Positions 21,174-33,600 of a stretch of DNA of 64,000 nt are shown here, piece after piece. The stretch comes from a bacterium (GTDB lineage: Bacteria > Bacteroidota > Ignavibacteria > Kapaibacteriales > UBA2268), in assembly GCA_024711295.1 (NCBI GenBank), contig JANJTB010000039.1:8319-72318 (forward strand), given 5' to 3'. Numbering within the stretch: position 1 is the first letter of the stretch; each line of letters starts with the position of its first letter. The translations under genes and the position numbers were made by a program. The notes below the pieces were generated by a model, which searched no databases, had not been told where the DNA came from, and saw only the letters and a list, made by a program, of their open reading frames with translations.

Positions 21174-22811
21174 ATGCCGAAAAAACAAATAAATTCTAAG
21201 AGCACTAAATATATTTTTATTACCGGCGGTGTTTTGTCATCATTAGGTAAAGGTATAGCCTCTGCATCAATCAGTTTGATCCTTAAGCAGATGGGTTTTA
21301 GTGTTACAATCATGAAACTTGATCCTTATATTAATGTTGACCCGGGTACAATGAACCCTTTCCAGCATGGTGAAGTTTTTGTTACAGACGATGGTGCAGA
21401 AACTGACCTTGATTTAGGTCATTATGAAAGATTTCTGGGTCATTCTTTGAACAAAAATAATAATCATACTACCGGACAGGTTTATTTTGAGGTGATTTCT
21501 AAGGAAAGACGGGGACATTATCTTGGAAAAACTGTGCAGGTTATTCCTCATATAACTGACGAAATTAAGCATAGAATAAAAATATTTGATGGTGAGTACG
21601 ACTTTGTCCTTATCGAAATTGGGGGTACTGTAGGCGATATCGAATCATTACCTTTTTTAGAATCTCAAAGACAAATGAATCTTGAGTTGGGATATAAAAG
21701 AGTTTTGAATATTCACCTTACCTACGTGCCATACATAAGATCAGCCGGTGAAGTAAAAACAAAACCAACCCAGCATTCAGTTAAAACTCTTATGGAGTAT
21801 GGAATTAAGCCTGATATACTTTTGTGTCGTTCCGAATCAAAATTACCTAAGGATGTTCGCCAAAAGATAGCATTATTCTGTAGTGTTGAAGAAAATTCAG
21901 TTATTGAAGTCCCGGATGTTGACCATACAATATACGAAGTACCTATAGCATTTGCCAAAAGAGAGCTTGCAAATATTATCTTAGGCAAATTAGGTATGCC
22001 AATACCATCTTTAGAACTTGAAACATGGATTAAATTTGTTAATAGAATAAAATATCCCAAAAATGAAGTTAAGATAGCTCTGGTAGGAAAATATACCAAA
22101 TATCGTGACTCTTATAAAAGTATCATTGAAGCGTTTATTCATGCCGGTTCGATAAACAATGCAAAAATAAATCTGGAGCTAATAAATTCTGAAAATTTAA
22201 ACGAAGACAATATTGAAGAAATGCTTGCCGGAGTAGAAGGTGTGCTGGTAGGACCCGGTTTCGGAAACAGAGGTATTGAAGGCAAAATTGCTGCTATCAA
22301 ATATATTCGTGAAAACAACATTCCTTTTTTCGGCATTTGTTTAGGTATGCAATGTGCAGTAATTGAATTTGCACGTAATGTTTGCGGTTTGCCAAATGCT
22401 AATTCTTCAGAATTTGAAAAGAATGATTTCAATGTTATTGATTTGATGGATGAGCAAAAGAAAATTAAAGATAAAGGCGGTACAATGCGTCTTGGTGCCT
22501 ATCCATGCAAAATTAAAACTGAAACCAAAGCTTTTGAAGCTTACAAAGAGGAAAATATTTCTGAGCGACACAGACATCGCTATGAACTTAATAATTCCTT
22601 CAGAGATGTGTTAGAGAGTAAAGGAATGATCCTTAGTGGTCTGTCACCTGACGAAAAACTGGTTGAAATCGTTGAGCTAAAAGATCACCCATGGTTTGTT
22701 GGAGTGCAATTTCATCCTGAGTTGAAGTCTAGAGCTGTAACCGGACATCCTTTGTTTATAAACTTTATTAAAGCTGTTCTTAATAAAAAGAAAATTGAAC
22801 ATAAAGATTAA
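21174..22811 (+). CDS. pyrG: CTP synthase
   Basis: [68 protein letters not shown] -7 element at 21126-21133. Confidence 0.99.
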   Translation: MPKKQINSKSTKYIFITGGVLSSLGKGIASASISLILKQMGFSVTIMKLDPYINVDPGTMNPFQHGEVFVTDDGAETDLDLGHYERFLGHSLNKNNNHTTGQVYFEVISKERRGHYLGKTVQVIPHITDEIKHRIKIFDGEYDFVLIEIGGTVGDIESLPFLESQRQMNLELGYKRVLNIHLTYVPYIRSAGEVKTKPTQHSVKTLMEYGIKPDILLCRSESKLPKDVRQKIALFCSVEENSVIEVPDVDHTIYEVPIAFAKRELANIILGKLGMPIPSLELETWIKFVNRIKYPKNEVKIALVGKYTKYRDSYKSIIEAFIHAGSINNAKINLELINSENLNEDNIEEMLAGVEGVLVGPGFGNRGIEGKIAAIKYIRENNIPFFGICLGMQCAVIEFARNVCGLPNANSSEFEKNDFNVIDLMDEQKKIKDKGGTMRLGAYPCKIKTETKAFEAYKEENISERHRHRYELNNSFRDVLESKGMILSGLSPDEKLVEIVELKDHPWFVGVQFHPELKSRAVTGHPLFINFIKAVLNKKKIEHKD

Positions 22812-22834
22812 TTAATTAAAATTTCGGAGTATTT

Positions 22835-23266
22835 ATGAAATTATTATTTGCATTATTTATTACTGTTGCAATTATATCTGCTTGTAGCAGTAGCAAAGAA
22901 ACTACTAAAAATGATAACCCTAATTTAGTTACCACTGCTTCAGGTCTTCAATACGAAGATATGTTGGTTGGAACCGGCGATACACCACAAAAGGGTCAAA
23001 CGTGTGTTGTTCATTATCATGGAACTTTACTTGATGGCACCGTTTTTGACAGTTCAAAAGAAAGAGGCAAACCTTTCGAGTTCAGCATAGGTGAAGGCAG
23101 AGTAATCAAAGGGTGGGATGAAGGAGTTATGACCATGAAAGTTGGCGGCAAGCGCAAACTGATTATTCCTGCTGATTTAGGCTATGGCTCAAGATCAATG
23201 GGAAAAATTCCTTCAAACGCTACTTTAGTATTTGAAGTTGAATTACTTGAAATCAAATCAAGGTAA
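22835..23266 (+). CDS. FKBP-type peptidyl-prolyl isomerase, lipoprotein
   Basis: Lipobox ISAC; SGLQY, VHYHGTLLDGTVFDSS, VIKGWDEG, IPADLGYG, LVFEVELL. Confidence 0.95.
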   Translation: MKLLFALFITVAIISACSSSKETTKNDNPNLVTTASGLQYEDMLVGTGDTPQKGQTCVVHYHGTLLDGTVFDSSKERGKPFEFSIGEGRVIKGWDEGVMTMKVGGKRKLIIPADLGYGSRSMGKIPSNATLVFEVELLEIKSR

Positions 23267-23270
23267 AAAA

Positions 23271-24521
23271 ATGAAAAATATCGTGTTATTCGATAATTCA
23301 CGGGTAGATGACCTCTACCCGTTTTCTGTAAATCATTGTTCATGGGAATTGAGATGTGGAGCTTTTAGGGTATTTGAAAGAATGAGGATTCAATATCCAA
23401 AAGCAAATTTACTCTTTCATTCTAGAAAATTATGGCTTGATTCTTTTCTAAAGAGATTTGAGCTAAATAATGATACTGCATTTTCTGATGATACTCTTTT
23501 CTTATCAGGAAATATAATTGTCGGACTAGGTTTTGACAATGATTTACGAGAATTAATCAAGCAATACGATAGTTTTACGATTTCAGTAAACGATGTAATT
23601 TATGGATTTTATTTGAAAAACGTTGACAATAATATTATGTCAATTTTTGAAAGAAATGAGTTGATTGACCTCGGAAGTGAAGTATTGAGCAAACTCCCCA
23701 AGATTAACGTCAAAAGTATCAAACCTATAAATTATTTATGGGAATCCTTATTTATAAATGGAGAAACCATTAATAATGATTTTGAACTATGTAATTCTTA
23801 CCAAAGGTATTTCCTTTCAGGTCATCATGGTGTGTTTGCATTAGAGCCCTCAAATATTTTGTTAGGCAAGAATGTTAAAATTGCCCCTTCAGTAGTCTTG
23901 GATGCGACAGGGGGAAAAATAATCATTGGTGATAATGTAAAAATTATGCCCCAATCTACTATTATAGGACCTTGTTTCATAGGTGATAATTCTGTTATTA
24001 AAATTGGTGCAAAAATTTATCAGGACAATTCGTTCGGTGAATGGTGTAAAATCGGCGGAGAAATCGAAAATAGCATAATACATGCATTTACCAATAAACA
24101 GCATGAAGGATTTTTAGGACATTCATATTTGGGAGAATGGGTCAACCTTGGAGCTGACACTAACAATTCTGATCTCAAAAACACATATTCTGAAATTGAT
24201 ATACAATTACCTGACAAGATTGTTAAAACCGGGAAAATGTTCGTTGGCTTGATGTGTGGCGACCATACCAAGTCCGGAATAAACTCAATGTTTACTACTG
24301 GAACTGTTGCTGGAGTATGTGGTATTATCGTTAAAGATTGGTTTATGCCAAACTTCATTAAATCTTTCAGTTGGGGTGGAAAAAACAATTCGCCTCAATA
24401 TAAGTTTGATAAAGCTATCGAAACAGCAAAAATTGTAATGGCTCGAAGAAACCGTAATTTGATTGATGAAGAAGTCGAATTGCTGAGAATTGAGTACAAT
24501 AAAGTAACAAGCCAAAGTTAG
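23271..24521 (+). CDS. GlmU-related putative sugar nucleotidyltransferase / hexapeptide acyltransferase (Bacteroidota-Chlorobi type)
   Basis: N-terminal LYPF...ELRCG; left-handed beta-helix repeats; KQHEGFLGHSYLGEWVNLGADTNNSDLKN. Confidence 0.88.
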   Translation: MKNIVLFDNSRVDDLYPFSVNHCSWELRCGAFRVFERMRIQYPKANLLFHSRKLWLDSFLKRFELNNDTAFSDDTLFLSGNIIVGLGFDNDLRELIKQYDSFTISVNDVIYGFYLKNVDNNIMSIFERNELIDLGSEVLSKLPKINVKSIKPINYLWESLFINGETINNDFELCNSYQRYFLSGHHGVFALEPSNILLGKNVKIAPSVVLDATGGKIIIGDNVKIMPQSTIIGPCFIGDNSVIKIGAKIYQDNSFGEWCKIGGEIENSIIHAFTNKQHEGFLGHSYLGEWVNLGADTNNSDLKNTYSEIDIQLPDKIVKTGKMFVGLMCGDHTKSGINSMFTTGTVAGVCGIIVKDWFMPNFIKSFSWGGKNNSPQYKFDKAIETAKIVMARRNRNLIDEEVELLRIEYNKVTSQS

Positions 24522-24539
24522 CTTTTATTACTACATCTA

Positions 24540-26417
24540 TCAGGATTTGTATTTATTTTTTTTCACCGCAGGCTCATTAATAGGTAATGTAAAACTAATT
24601 GTTGACCCTTTGTTAACTTCAGTTTCAACCAACATTTTCCCGTTGTTCTTCTCTACAAATTCTTTTACAATCACCATTCCCAATCCTGTACCTTTTTCTC
24701 CCTGCGTTCCTAATCTTGAAACTTTGGATGAAAAATCAAACATTTTATCCAGAGTGTCTTCGCTTATACCAGTTCCGAAGTCAATAACAGATATTTTTAT
24801 TTTTGACATATTGTCTTCTATTACTTTTTCGGAGTCTATAATAATTTTAGAGTCAGAAAAAGAGAATTTGATAGAATTAGATATTAGGTTTCTGAGGATT
24901 GTATATACCATATTAATATCGCAATAAGCAAAATCTCCATCAGGAATATTATTAATAATTTCAATTCTTTTTTTATCCGCAGATAGCTTATTTACTGATA
25001 TGACCTGATTTGATAGGAATTTTATATCATGAATGGCAGGTTCGAAGTCTATCCTGTTACTTTGGTTGCGTGACCAGGTGAGCAAGTTTTCCAAAAGTTC
25101 AAGGATTGAATTAGAAGAATCTGACATAAGTTTAGCAAAATTTTTTCGCTCAAAATCGTCAAGAGTATCATATTCATTTTTTAACAAATCTGCCAAATTT
25201 CTGAAAGCTCCGATAGGATTTTTAAGATCGTGAGCAATAATTGAAAAGAAAGTATCTTTCGACATGTTTATTTGCTCAAGTTTCTCATTTGCTAATTTTT
25301 GAATTTTATTCTTTTTAAAATAGTAGAAGAATGCAAAGAATAAAACAATTAAAATCGATAGGAAAATTACTGTATGACTTAGTATTTTGTTATCTCTTTC
25401 AATGATTTCCTTTTCTTTTCTGCTTATCTCATCTCGTATTTGGCTTTCAGTAATACTCCTGATTTTTTCTTCATCATAGATTTTTTCCATCTGCTGAATT
25501 GAAATCAATATGTAATGAATTGCTGAGTCAGGTTGATTGAAGCGATTTTTAAACAATTCAAACAGAAGGTAGGATGTTGAATAAATAAATGCACTGACTT
25601 TTAGTCTTGATGCTTCATTGTATGATAATCTGGCATAATATAAAGATGAATCGTTCATATTCATTTTATAGTAAACTCTTGCCAAATTTCCCAACACATT
25701 TGCCCTTTCCGAAAATTTATCGTCATTTTCAAAATATTCAAGGCACATTTTGTATGTCGGTATTGATAATGAATCTTGTCCTATGCCCGAATAATAAGTA
25801 CCTAATATATTAAGATTATTTGAGATAACTTCATTAAATCCTATCTTGTAAGCAATTTCGTTAGATAGATTTGCATAGTAAATAACCGAATCGCATTCTT
25901 TGTAAATAAATTTTTCAAGATAAATTGATGATAACCGGTTGTATGTTCGAGACAGTCCTATTTGATGATTCAGTTTATTAAATAAATTTCTGGCTTCAAA
26001 CAGATATTCCAAACCTTTGTCATAGTCTTTAGTTGCTCGGCAAATCTCACCAAGGTATCTTGTAGATTCAGCTTTTAAATCGAGTAAGGACTCGTCTTGC
26101 AGTTCATCTACAAGTTTGATAGACTGTAGTAAATAATATATTGAACGATCATAATCTGCACTTATAGAGTGGTTAATTGCAAGGGAATAGAGGGATAAAA
26201 TTTTTCCTCTGTTAAATTTAATACTTTCAGCAAGATGAAAAGCTTCGTTAGCCAAAACAATGTTCGAGTCTGTTGTCTTGAGTAAGCTTTGCTCAATCAT
26301 CAGATTCACTTTATTGCTATCGTTCGGTAGTTGCTGATAATCAGTATCAGTTTTGATTTCTTTCGGAAAAACGACAGACAGAAATAGTAGTGACAGTATT
26401 TTTAAATAAGTTTTCAA
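24540..26417 (-). CDS. TPR-sensor membrane histidine kinase
   Basis: Signal/TM, TPR helices, one TM, H-box FSIIAHDLKNP, N-box LRNLISNSIKFS, G-boxes DFGTGI and GTGLGM. Confidence 0.93.
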   Translation of the reverse strand: MKTYLKILSLLFLSVVFPKEIKTDTDYQQLPNDSNKVNLMIEQSLLKTTDSNIVLANEAFHLAESIKFNRGKILSLYSLAINHSISADYDRSIYYLLQSIKLVDELQDESLLDLKAESTRYLGEICRATKDYDKGLEYLFEARNLFNKLNHQIGLSRTYNRLSSIYLEKFIYKECDSVIYYANLSNEIAYKIGFNEVISNNLNILGTYYSGIGQDSLSIPTYKMCLEYFENDDKFSERANVLGNLARVYYKMNMNDSSLYYARLSYNEASRLKVSAFIYSTSYLLFELFKNRFNQPDSAIHYILISIQQMEKIYDEEKIRSITESQIRDEISRKEKEIIERDNKILSHTVIFLSILIVLFFAFFYYFKKNKIQKLANEKLEQINMSKDTFFSIIAHDLKNPIGAFRNLADLLKNEYDTLDDFERKNFAKLMSDSSNSILELLENLLTWSRNQSNRIDFEPAIHDIKFLSNQVISVNKLSADKKRIEIINNIPDGDFAYCDINMVYTILRNLISNSIKFSFSDSKIIIDSEKVIEDNMSKIKISVIDFGTGISEDTLDKMFDFSSKVSRLGTQGEKGTGLGMVIVKEFVEKNNGKMLVETEVNKGSTISFTLPINEPAVKKNKYKS

Positions 26418-26590
26418 ATATCAATTTTCTCATTTTACTCCAAAAGTAATCAATAACATATAAAAAAAAAATAAAAATCATCAATTTGGAAATAATCAAA
26501 AAAAAATATACAAATATGATTCGTTTTTTGTAACTTTTAAGCTATTTTAGTAATATTGGATAAAACAAATAATTTATTTTTAGGTGATTT

Positions 26591-29500
26591 ATGAAAATTG
26601 CTAAGAAATTTCATTCTTTTGCATTTATAATTTTATTAACGCTGACCTTAGGATGGGTTGAGGGCTACTCACAAGATTTGTTCGGTACATTGTCAAATCT
26701 TCCAACCAGCTATATCACCAAGGGAAAAGTCACTTTATCCGGGGATATTTTTATTACAGTTTGGGGTGGTGGTGTATATAAAAGCGGAAACAATGGTGAC
26801 ACATGGTCTCTTCAAAGTACAGGCCTCAATCACTTCTTGCTTACAGATATTGAATTTATTGGTTCAAGTGAAGCAATCGTTTCAACTATGGGTGGTGGAA
26901 TTTACAAAACTACATCCATGACGAATATTAATTGGAAGCAATCCAATTCAGGTTTAACCAATATGAATGTAAAAACAATCAAAACATACCCTAATGGTTG
27001 GATTATGATTGGCACTTATGGTGGTGGTATCTTCTTATCTAAAGATAAAGGTAATAATTGGATTAATGTTTCACAGGGGCTTTTGTATAGAGATATTACA
27101 TCTATAGAGGTTGCTGATAATGGATGGGTACTAGCAGGAACATACGGTGGTGGGATATTCCAGTCGAGGGACACTACAAAATCATGGACACGCCAAAATT
27201 CCGGTTTAAAGAATTTGTTTATAAATGACATCAAAAGAAGTGATAAAAATTATTTGTATGCTGCTACTAATGGTAGAGGTGTTTACATTTCTGTAAATGA
27301 TGGTATAGTATGGTCCGAACTTGATACTTTTATGACTCGACCTTTGAAAGTTAATCCTGTGCCATTACCGGACTTGAATACTACATGTATCACATTCAAC
27401 AGTTTGAGTTCACCTGTATTTGGCTCAAGATATGGGGGCATTTATGCTGAGGACTTAGTTGAAGATATGACATGGGTACCTACAAATCAACGCGGTATCG
27501 GAGTCAATTCATTAGCTAAATGGAAAGCTTATATGTATTCTTTCTTCCCATTCAGAGATCCATACAAAACAGATGGTAACGGGGAATCATGGACAGCTAT
27601 GAAAGGTGAAACAATAACAAATATGGGTTTAATCCCAAAAATATTTGCTAGAAATGACAGAGAGATAATTGCTTATTATCAAAATTATGTTAAAAAAACT
27701 ACTGATGATGGTGCAACATGGACTGTCTTAGGTGCTACACCAACGCCAATCAATAAAATAGCAATGGATTCCATCGGTAATTATTATGCAGCAACCGAAA
27801 AAGGATTATTTCGATCAGATGGATCATTACAAAGTTGGTCACTCGTGAAATGCCTTGATACAAATGTTTATGATGTAGAAGTATCACCAAGGGGCTCAAT
27901 TTTCATAATTACCAGATATTTTAAAATGCCCGAGCCACCTGCAACACCAATAGATGTTAGGATTGCATGGTTTACTACTGATGGTACTACATGGCAGAAA
28001 GCACCGATTGACTTTGATTTAAGAGAAATTCCTCCTACGGAAGTTTCCATAAATTACAATGCAAATGTTTATATCTCTTCAAACAAAGCAATTTATTATT
28101 CTTTAAATAACGGTGTAAACTGGATTGTATCTCAAACCAAGTTTGACAAAGATGTTAATAGTATTTCATTTTTGAGGGATAATACTGTTATTGTAGGGAC
28201 GGGCGGTGCAGGACTCTGGAAGTCAACTCTTCCGGGTACATTTGAGAGAATATGGTCTTATCCTGCAAATTCTGTTGAAATTGTTCATGTAACAAGAGAT
28301 AATAAAATATTTGCTTCAGGAACAAACATACTAATAGATGATGCTTATTCTTCATATCAGGCAACTTATGCTTCATTTGATACTTTGCTAACATTTGTAA
28401 ACATTAATAATAATTTTAATGCCGAACCTATCACATCTTTTACATCTTCAAAAAGTAGTGATTTTTATATGGCAACAAATTCAGGTATGATTTACCGAGC
28501 TATAAATCCTGCTAACCTGAAAACTCCTATATTACTTACTTTGCCTGATAAAGCTGTTGATATTGGAACAGGTTCAGTATTCTCGTGGACTGCCGACCCA
28601 AGAGCTGATTTATATCAGTTGGAAATTTCTTATAATGATGATTTTTCATATGTTTGGGAATCAGTAACACTAAGTGATACTACATATCAAAATACCATCG
28701 TTCCTGCTTCATACCATAAGTATTATTGGAGAGTACGTTCAAAAAATCATTCAGCAGTTAGTAACTGGTCGCCAGTTAGAACTTTTATATCAAAACTTGA
28801 GACACCAAAACTACACTTACCTGCTGATAAGTCTTTAAACATTCCTGTGTATGCAGTTTTGAATTGGTATTTGGTCGAAGGTTCTCAAAAGTATAAAATT
28901 CAGATTTCAGAGAAATCAGATTTTTCTTCCATAAGCTTTGAATGGGAATCAAATGATACTTCAACAACTTCTCCGCTTTTAAAAGGTAGAACGAAGTATT
29001 ATTGGAGAGTTATGGCATTGAATAATGATGTTACCAGTAATTGGTCAGGTTCATGGTCATTTGAGACTGTTTTTGGTCCGCCATTATTACTTAGTCCGCC
29101 AGATAATTCATTTGGTAATGAAATTTATACAATAATGACATGGGAAAAAGCTTCCGAAGTTGATGAGTATGATATTCAAATTGCAAGTGACACAGAATTT
29201 AAAAATATTGTTTATGAAAAGAACGGTATTCTTTCTTTGAGTACTAACCTGATTGAACCTCTTGAATTCAATAAGTTATACTATTGGAGAGTAAGGTCTA
29301 GAAATGGTCAGGTTACAAGTGAATGGTCCCTGATTTCGAAATTTTTAACAGCATATTCTTTCGTCACTTTAGAATCACCTCCTCATGAAAGCTTAAACAT
29401 ACCTGTGAATACTGAGTTTACTTGGAAAGAGCATGAATCAGTGAATAGCTTTGAAATTGAAATTTCTAAAGTGCATAATTTCTCTAATAATGTTGATTTA

Positions 29501-30469
29501 TCTTACGTAAAAGACATCCAAAATTATACTACCGATAAGTTAGAACCCTACCAGGAGTATTTTTGGAGAGTACGTGCTAAATCTGAAGAAAATTTTGGAT
29601 TATGGAACCAACCATTTAAATTTAAAACCAGAGTTGCAAAAATTGGTCTGAGATTCCCTGATAACAACACTGAAAACCATCCGGTATCAATTGGATTTAT
29701 ATGGTATCAAACAAAAGGGGCAATTACTTATCACCTCCAGATTGCCAATGATTCGGAGTTTAATGATTTGATTTTTAGTCAAGATACAATCAGGGGCACT
29801 ACGCACATTTTTTCACAGCTTAATCCGGGTTCAGATTATTTTTGGAGAGTACGAGCTGTTTCCCCCGAAGGTGTAGGTGAGTGGTCAGAGGTATGGACTT
29901 TTTCCACAGGTAGTAATATTCCTGTATTGTTAGCACCGCTTAATGAAAAAGCCGATGTTGTAATTCCTGTCAAATTTGAATGGGTATCAGTTGCAGGCGA
30001 TGTTAAGTATGAACTTCAAGTTTCTGAGTTAACAACTTTTACAAATTATGCCTACAAAAAGGATGACTTAACCGAAAGCCAGGTAACAATTAGTTCGTTG
30101 GAGTTTCCAAAAGTGTATTATTGGCGTGTACGAGCATTATCAAAAGATGGCACTTCACCATGGTCGCAAGTTTGGAGATTTGGAACTGTTGACCCTGTAT
30201 CTGTAAGCGAAATTATCAATTTAAATCCTGCTAATTTGTATCCAAACCCTGCTACTGATATGTTGAATGTAATTTTAGGTGAACTCGAAAGCCAAGATAT
30301 AAAAGTAAGCATCTCAGATATAAATGGTAATGAATTGTTAAATTATAATACTTTTCTGAACGGTCATTTGTTGAAAGTTGATTGTTCGAAGCTAAACTCA
30401 GGCATTTATCACATAAATATAATCAGTAGTAAAAAAATGTATATTTGTGAGTTTATAATAGTTAGATAA
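26591..30469 (+). CDS. T9SS-secreted protein with BNR/beta-propeller repeats and six FN3-like repeats
   Basis: Signal peptide; Asp-box-like S.D.G..W repeats; six Y(Y/F)WRV motifs; CTD LYPNPATD...SGIYHI. Confidence 0.85.
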   Translation: MKIAKKFHSFAFIILLTLTLGWVEGYSQDLFGTLSNLPTSYITKGKVTLSGDIFITVWGGGVYKSGNNGDTWSLQSTGLNHFLLTDIEFIGSSEAIVSTMGGGIYKTTSMTNINWKQSNSGLTNMNVKTIKTYPNGWIMIGTYGGGIFLSKDKGNNWINVSQGLLYRDITSIEVADNGWVLAGTYGGGIFQSRDTTKSWTRQNSGLKNLFINDIKRSDKNYLYAATNGRGVYISVNDGIVWSELDTFMTRPLKVNPVPLPDLNTTCITFNSLSSPVFGSRYGGIYAEDLVEDMTWVPTNQRGIGVNSLAKWKAYMYSFFPFRDPYKTDGNGESWTAMKGETITNMGLIPKIFARNDREIIAYYQNYVKKTTDDGATWTVLGATPTPINKIAMDSIGNYYAATEKGLFRSDGSLQSWSLVKCLDTNVYDVEVSPRGSIFIITRYFKMPEPPATPIDVRIAWFTTDGTTWQKAPIDFDLREIPPTEVSINYNANVYISSNKAIYYSLNNGVNWIVSQTKFDKDVNSISFLRDNTVIVGTGGAGLWKSTLPGTFERIWSYPANSVEIVHVTRDNKIFASGTNILIDDAYSSYQATYASFDTLLTFVNINNNFNAEPITSFTSSKSSDFYMATNSGMIYRAINPANLKTPILLTLPDKAVDIGTGSVFSWTADPRADLYQLEISYNDDFSYVWESVTLSDTTYQNTIVPASYHKYYWRVRSKNHSAVSNWSPVRTFISKLETPKLHLPADKSLNIPVYAVLNWYLVEGSQKYKIQISEKSDFSSISFEWESNDTSTTSPLLKGRTKYYWRVMALNNDVTSNWSGSWSFETVFGPPLLLSPPDNSFGNEIYTIMTWEKASEVDEYDIQIASDTEFKNIVYEKNGILSLSTNLIEPLEFNKLYYWRVRSRNGQVTSEWSLISKFLTAYSFVTLESPPHESLNIPVNTEFTWKEHESVNSFEIEISKVHNFSNNVDLSYVKDIQNYTTDKLEPYQEYFWRVRAKSEENFGLWNQPFKFKTRVAKIGLRFPDNNTENHPVSIGFIWYQTKGAITYHLQIANDSEFNDLIFSQDTIRGTTHIFSQLNPGSDYFWRVRAVSPEGVGEWSEVWTFSTGSNIPVLLAPLNEKADVVIPVKFEWVSVAGDVKYELQVSELTTFTNYAYKKDDLTESQVTISSLEFPKVYYWRVRALSKDGTSPWSQVWRFGTVDPVSVSEIINLNPANLYPNPATDMLNVILGELESQDIKVSISDINGNELLNYNTFLNGHLLKVDCSKLNSGIYHINIISSKKMYICEFIIVR

Positions 30470-30496
30470 CTTCCTGAAAAATATTTGAAGAATATC

Positions 30497-30533
30497 AAAA
30501 GTGTTGTATTTGTAAAGGTACAACACTTTTTTT
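30497..30533 (+). terminator. Intrinsic terminator
   Basis: AAAAGTGTTGTA-N10-TACAACACTTTT followed by further Ts. Confidence 0.8.
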
Positions 30534-30627
30534 ATAAAGAACTGTACATCTTTGGTAACAAAAAGCTGAAAATATTGTTTTTCTTGTAAAAAAGTGTTAA
30601 ATTAGTGAATTATTGTGGGGAATAGAT

Positions 30628-33600
30628 ATGAAAAGAATTCTTACTTTTTTAATTATATTTTTTATTCAGATTACAGTATCCAACTCTCAGTATTGGAAAG
30701 AGATTAAATCTATTCCACCACCGTTTAATACTAATTATTGGCTTGATGTCTTTTTTCATCCCTCAAACTCCAGTTTTGGGTGGGTTTGCGGATTCAATGG
30801 TATGGTTATCCGAACAACCGATGGTGGTAACTCCTGGTTGGGATCTACAGTTCCGAATGCCTATCATCTTGAGCATATACATTTTCCGACTCTTACAGTA
30901 GGATATACTTCCGGACCTGAAGGTATTTTCAAGACAACAAATGGTGGACAAAATTGGTTCGATATAACACCGGATCTTACCAAAAACTATTGGGGGTGCT
31001 ATTTTATTGATGCTAATATCGGGTTAGTTTTGGCAGAAGGATGCAACGGTACCCAAAATTTCTACAAGACTACTAATGGTGGTACAAATTGGACAAATTT
31101 TCCGGGAAGCGAGGCAAATAGTGGCTTGACAGATCTGATTTTGTATGATGCAAACGGTCTGGGATATGCAGTATCAAGCGGGAAAATCTGGCAGACAAAT
31201 AATGGAGGTAGTTCCTGGGCAGTAATTGCTTCATCAGGTACTAATGTTTGGAATGAAGAAATAGCTCATTCAGGCTCATCTTTTTTAGTACCTTATGCCG
31301 GAACAACCTGCAGCGGCCAGGGCGGAGACGGTGGTATGAGATTCTCAAATGATATGGGTGCTAATTGGAGATCTTTTCAAACAGGTTTTTCTATGTTCGG
31401 GACTTACCTTATTGATGGATCAAAAGGATGGGCTTGTGGCGATAACAGAGGTGTTTATTACACATCTGACGCAGGACAGAGCTGGGTTTTACGAAATTGC
31501 GGAATCCCGGATGAAACTAATCTTGATGATGTTTGGTTTGTAAACGAAAATTTAGGTTATGTAGTAGGGCATGGAGTTTATAGACTCTCCGGTGCTGAAC
31601 AATTTGTTTCCAAAGATACACTGAAGTTTGACAATCTTTGCAAAAATGAAAATTTAACTGATAGTTTACTTATATCAAATTTATCATTTTCGCAAGCAAA
31701 TGTAGAACTTGCACTAGTAAACAATACAGGCAATCATTTCAGATTGATAAGCCCAAATCCAAATATCGTTCTAAATTCCTGCGAAGAGAAAGTCGTCACT
31801 ATTATGTTTGCTCCAACTGACGAAAATTCTCATGAAGCAAAGCTAAGGATAACATTTAACCCTGGTACAGGAAACGAAAAAATATATTTTATTGAATTGA
31901 TTGGAATTGTAAGAAAATCTACAGCATTCCCCCAGGATACTCTGATTGTTGTAAATAACCTAAATTGTAGTGTCACAAGAGTTATAAATTTACCCTGGTT
32001 TAGCGAAACATTAGGTGAGCAAATAATTGGCGTTGATAATTTAAATAAATCTTCAAACATTCTCCTAACAAGCCCCATACCACTTAAGTTGATTCCACCA
32101 GTTACAAATACAGCATTTACGATTACTCTTATTGATACAGGCTGGTATGAGGCAAGATATAAATTTACACTTTTCCCTTGTAACCGCGATACTTTTGTTA
32201 CTGTAAGGGCTTATGGTGCATCTCCAATTATTTCTCATAGAGCAAAACAGCAGTTAAATTCAACATGCCGTTCAATTATTTACGACACAATAAGAGTATT
32301 TAACACCGGTAATGATGTCCTGAATATATCTGATGTTTGGTTAAGTCCTGAAATTAATGAGTTCGAAATTATTGGATGGGTAAATGTTAGTTTGCCCATG
32401 AAAATTGATAGAGGTGGTTTTGAAGACCTCATAATAAGTTATCGACCAGTAACATCTGGTACACATATCACCCGACTTGCTATCGCCAATAATGATTCGA
32501 CAAGAATTTTTGGTTTCAAAAATCCTTATTACATTGATTTGAGAGGAGTTTCATCAATTACTAATCTCACGGACACGATTAGAATTGATTTTGGCAATTT
32601 ATGTATTGGTGAAACTAAATCAGATGTCAAAATAATCAGGAATACAGGTAATTTAGACGCAGAAGTAAATATTGAAAGTACTCCTGAAGAATTGAAACTT
32701 ACTATAAGTGATATTAATTCAATTATCAAGAAAAATGATTTAACAAGATTGACTGCTGTTTTTACGGCATCTAAGGTTGGAAAATTTAACTACGAAATCC
32801 AAATGAGTTCAAAACCTTGTGATGAAAAGACACTAATACTAATATCGGCTAATGTCATAAAAAATGATCTGGAGGTTACGCCTGATAAGATTTCAGGATT
32901 AGTCAAGGTTGGTGAAAGTATCGAAAAGGTCGTCAGAGTTCAGTCATTGAGTAGTTTTGATGTAAATATTAAGTCTGTAACCATTACTCCAGGCAGCAGT
33001 GATTGGCAATATTCCGTAAAACCCTTGTTGCCAATGGTTTTACTTTCCGGACAGGGTACTGATTTTACAATGACTTTTAATCCAACCAATGCAGGAAAAT
33101 TTCAGGGTAAAGTTGTTATAGAAACTGAAGGGCTTTGTAATGAGACTTATTATGTTGATATTGATTTATCCAGTTTCAGTAAATTTGTAGATATCAACCC
33201 GACAAGTATAGACTATGGAAATTTTTTCTGCGAATATAATTATCAAGATAAAGAAATTAAAATCAGCAACTTGGGATTTTCTCAAGACACTATTTCTAAA
33301 ATTGAGTTAATTCAGGATTCTGATGTGTTCGAAATAATAAATTTGCCTGAAATTCCTTTATTAATCGATGCAAAAGATGAATTTACCCTTCAGGTTAGAT
33401 TTAAGAAGCAGGATTTAGAGGGAATATTTACAGGAAATATTATAATTGAAACAATTGGTGATGATGGCCAGAATTTTATTATTCCTCTAAAGGCAAATTA
33501 TTCAAAATCAATTATTAATCCCGAATCACACTCGATTAATATGGGCGAATTTGAGTTATGCTCTGAGCCTAGGTCAGTAGAATTTAAGTTCAAGAACTTA

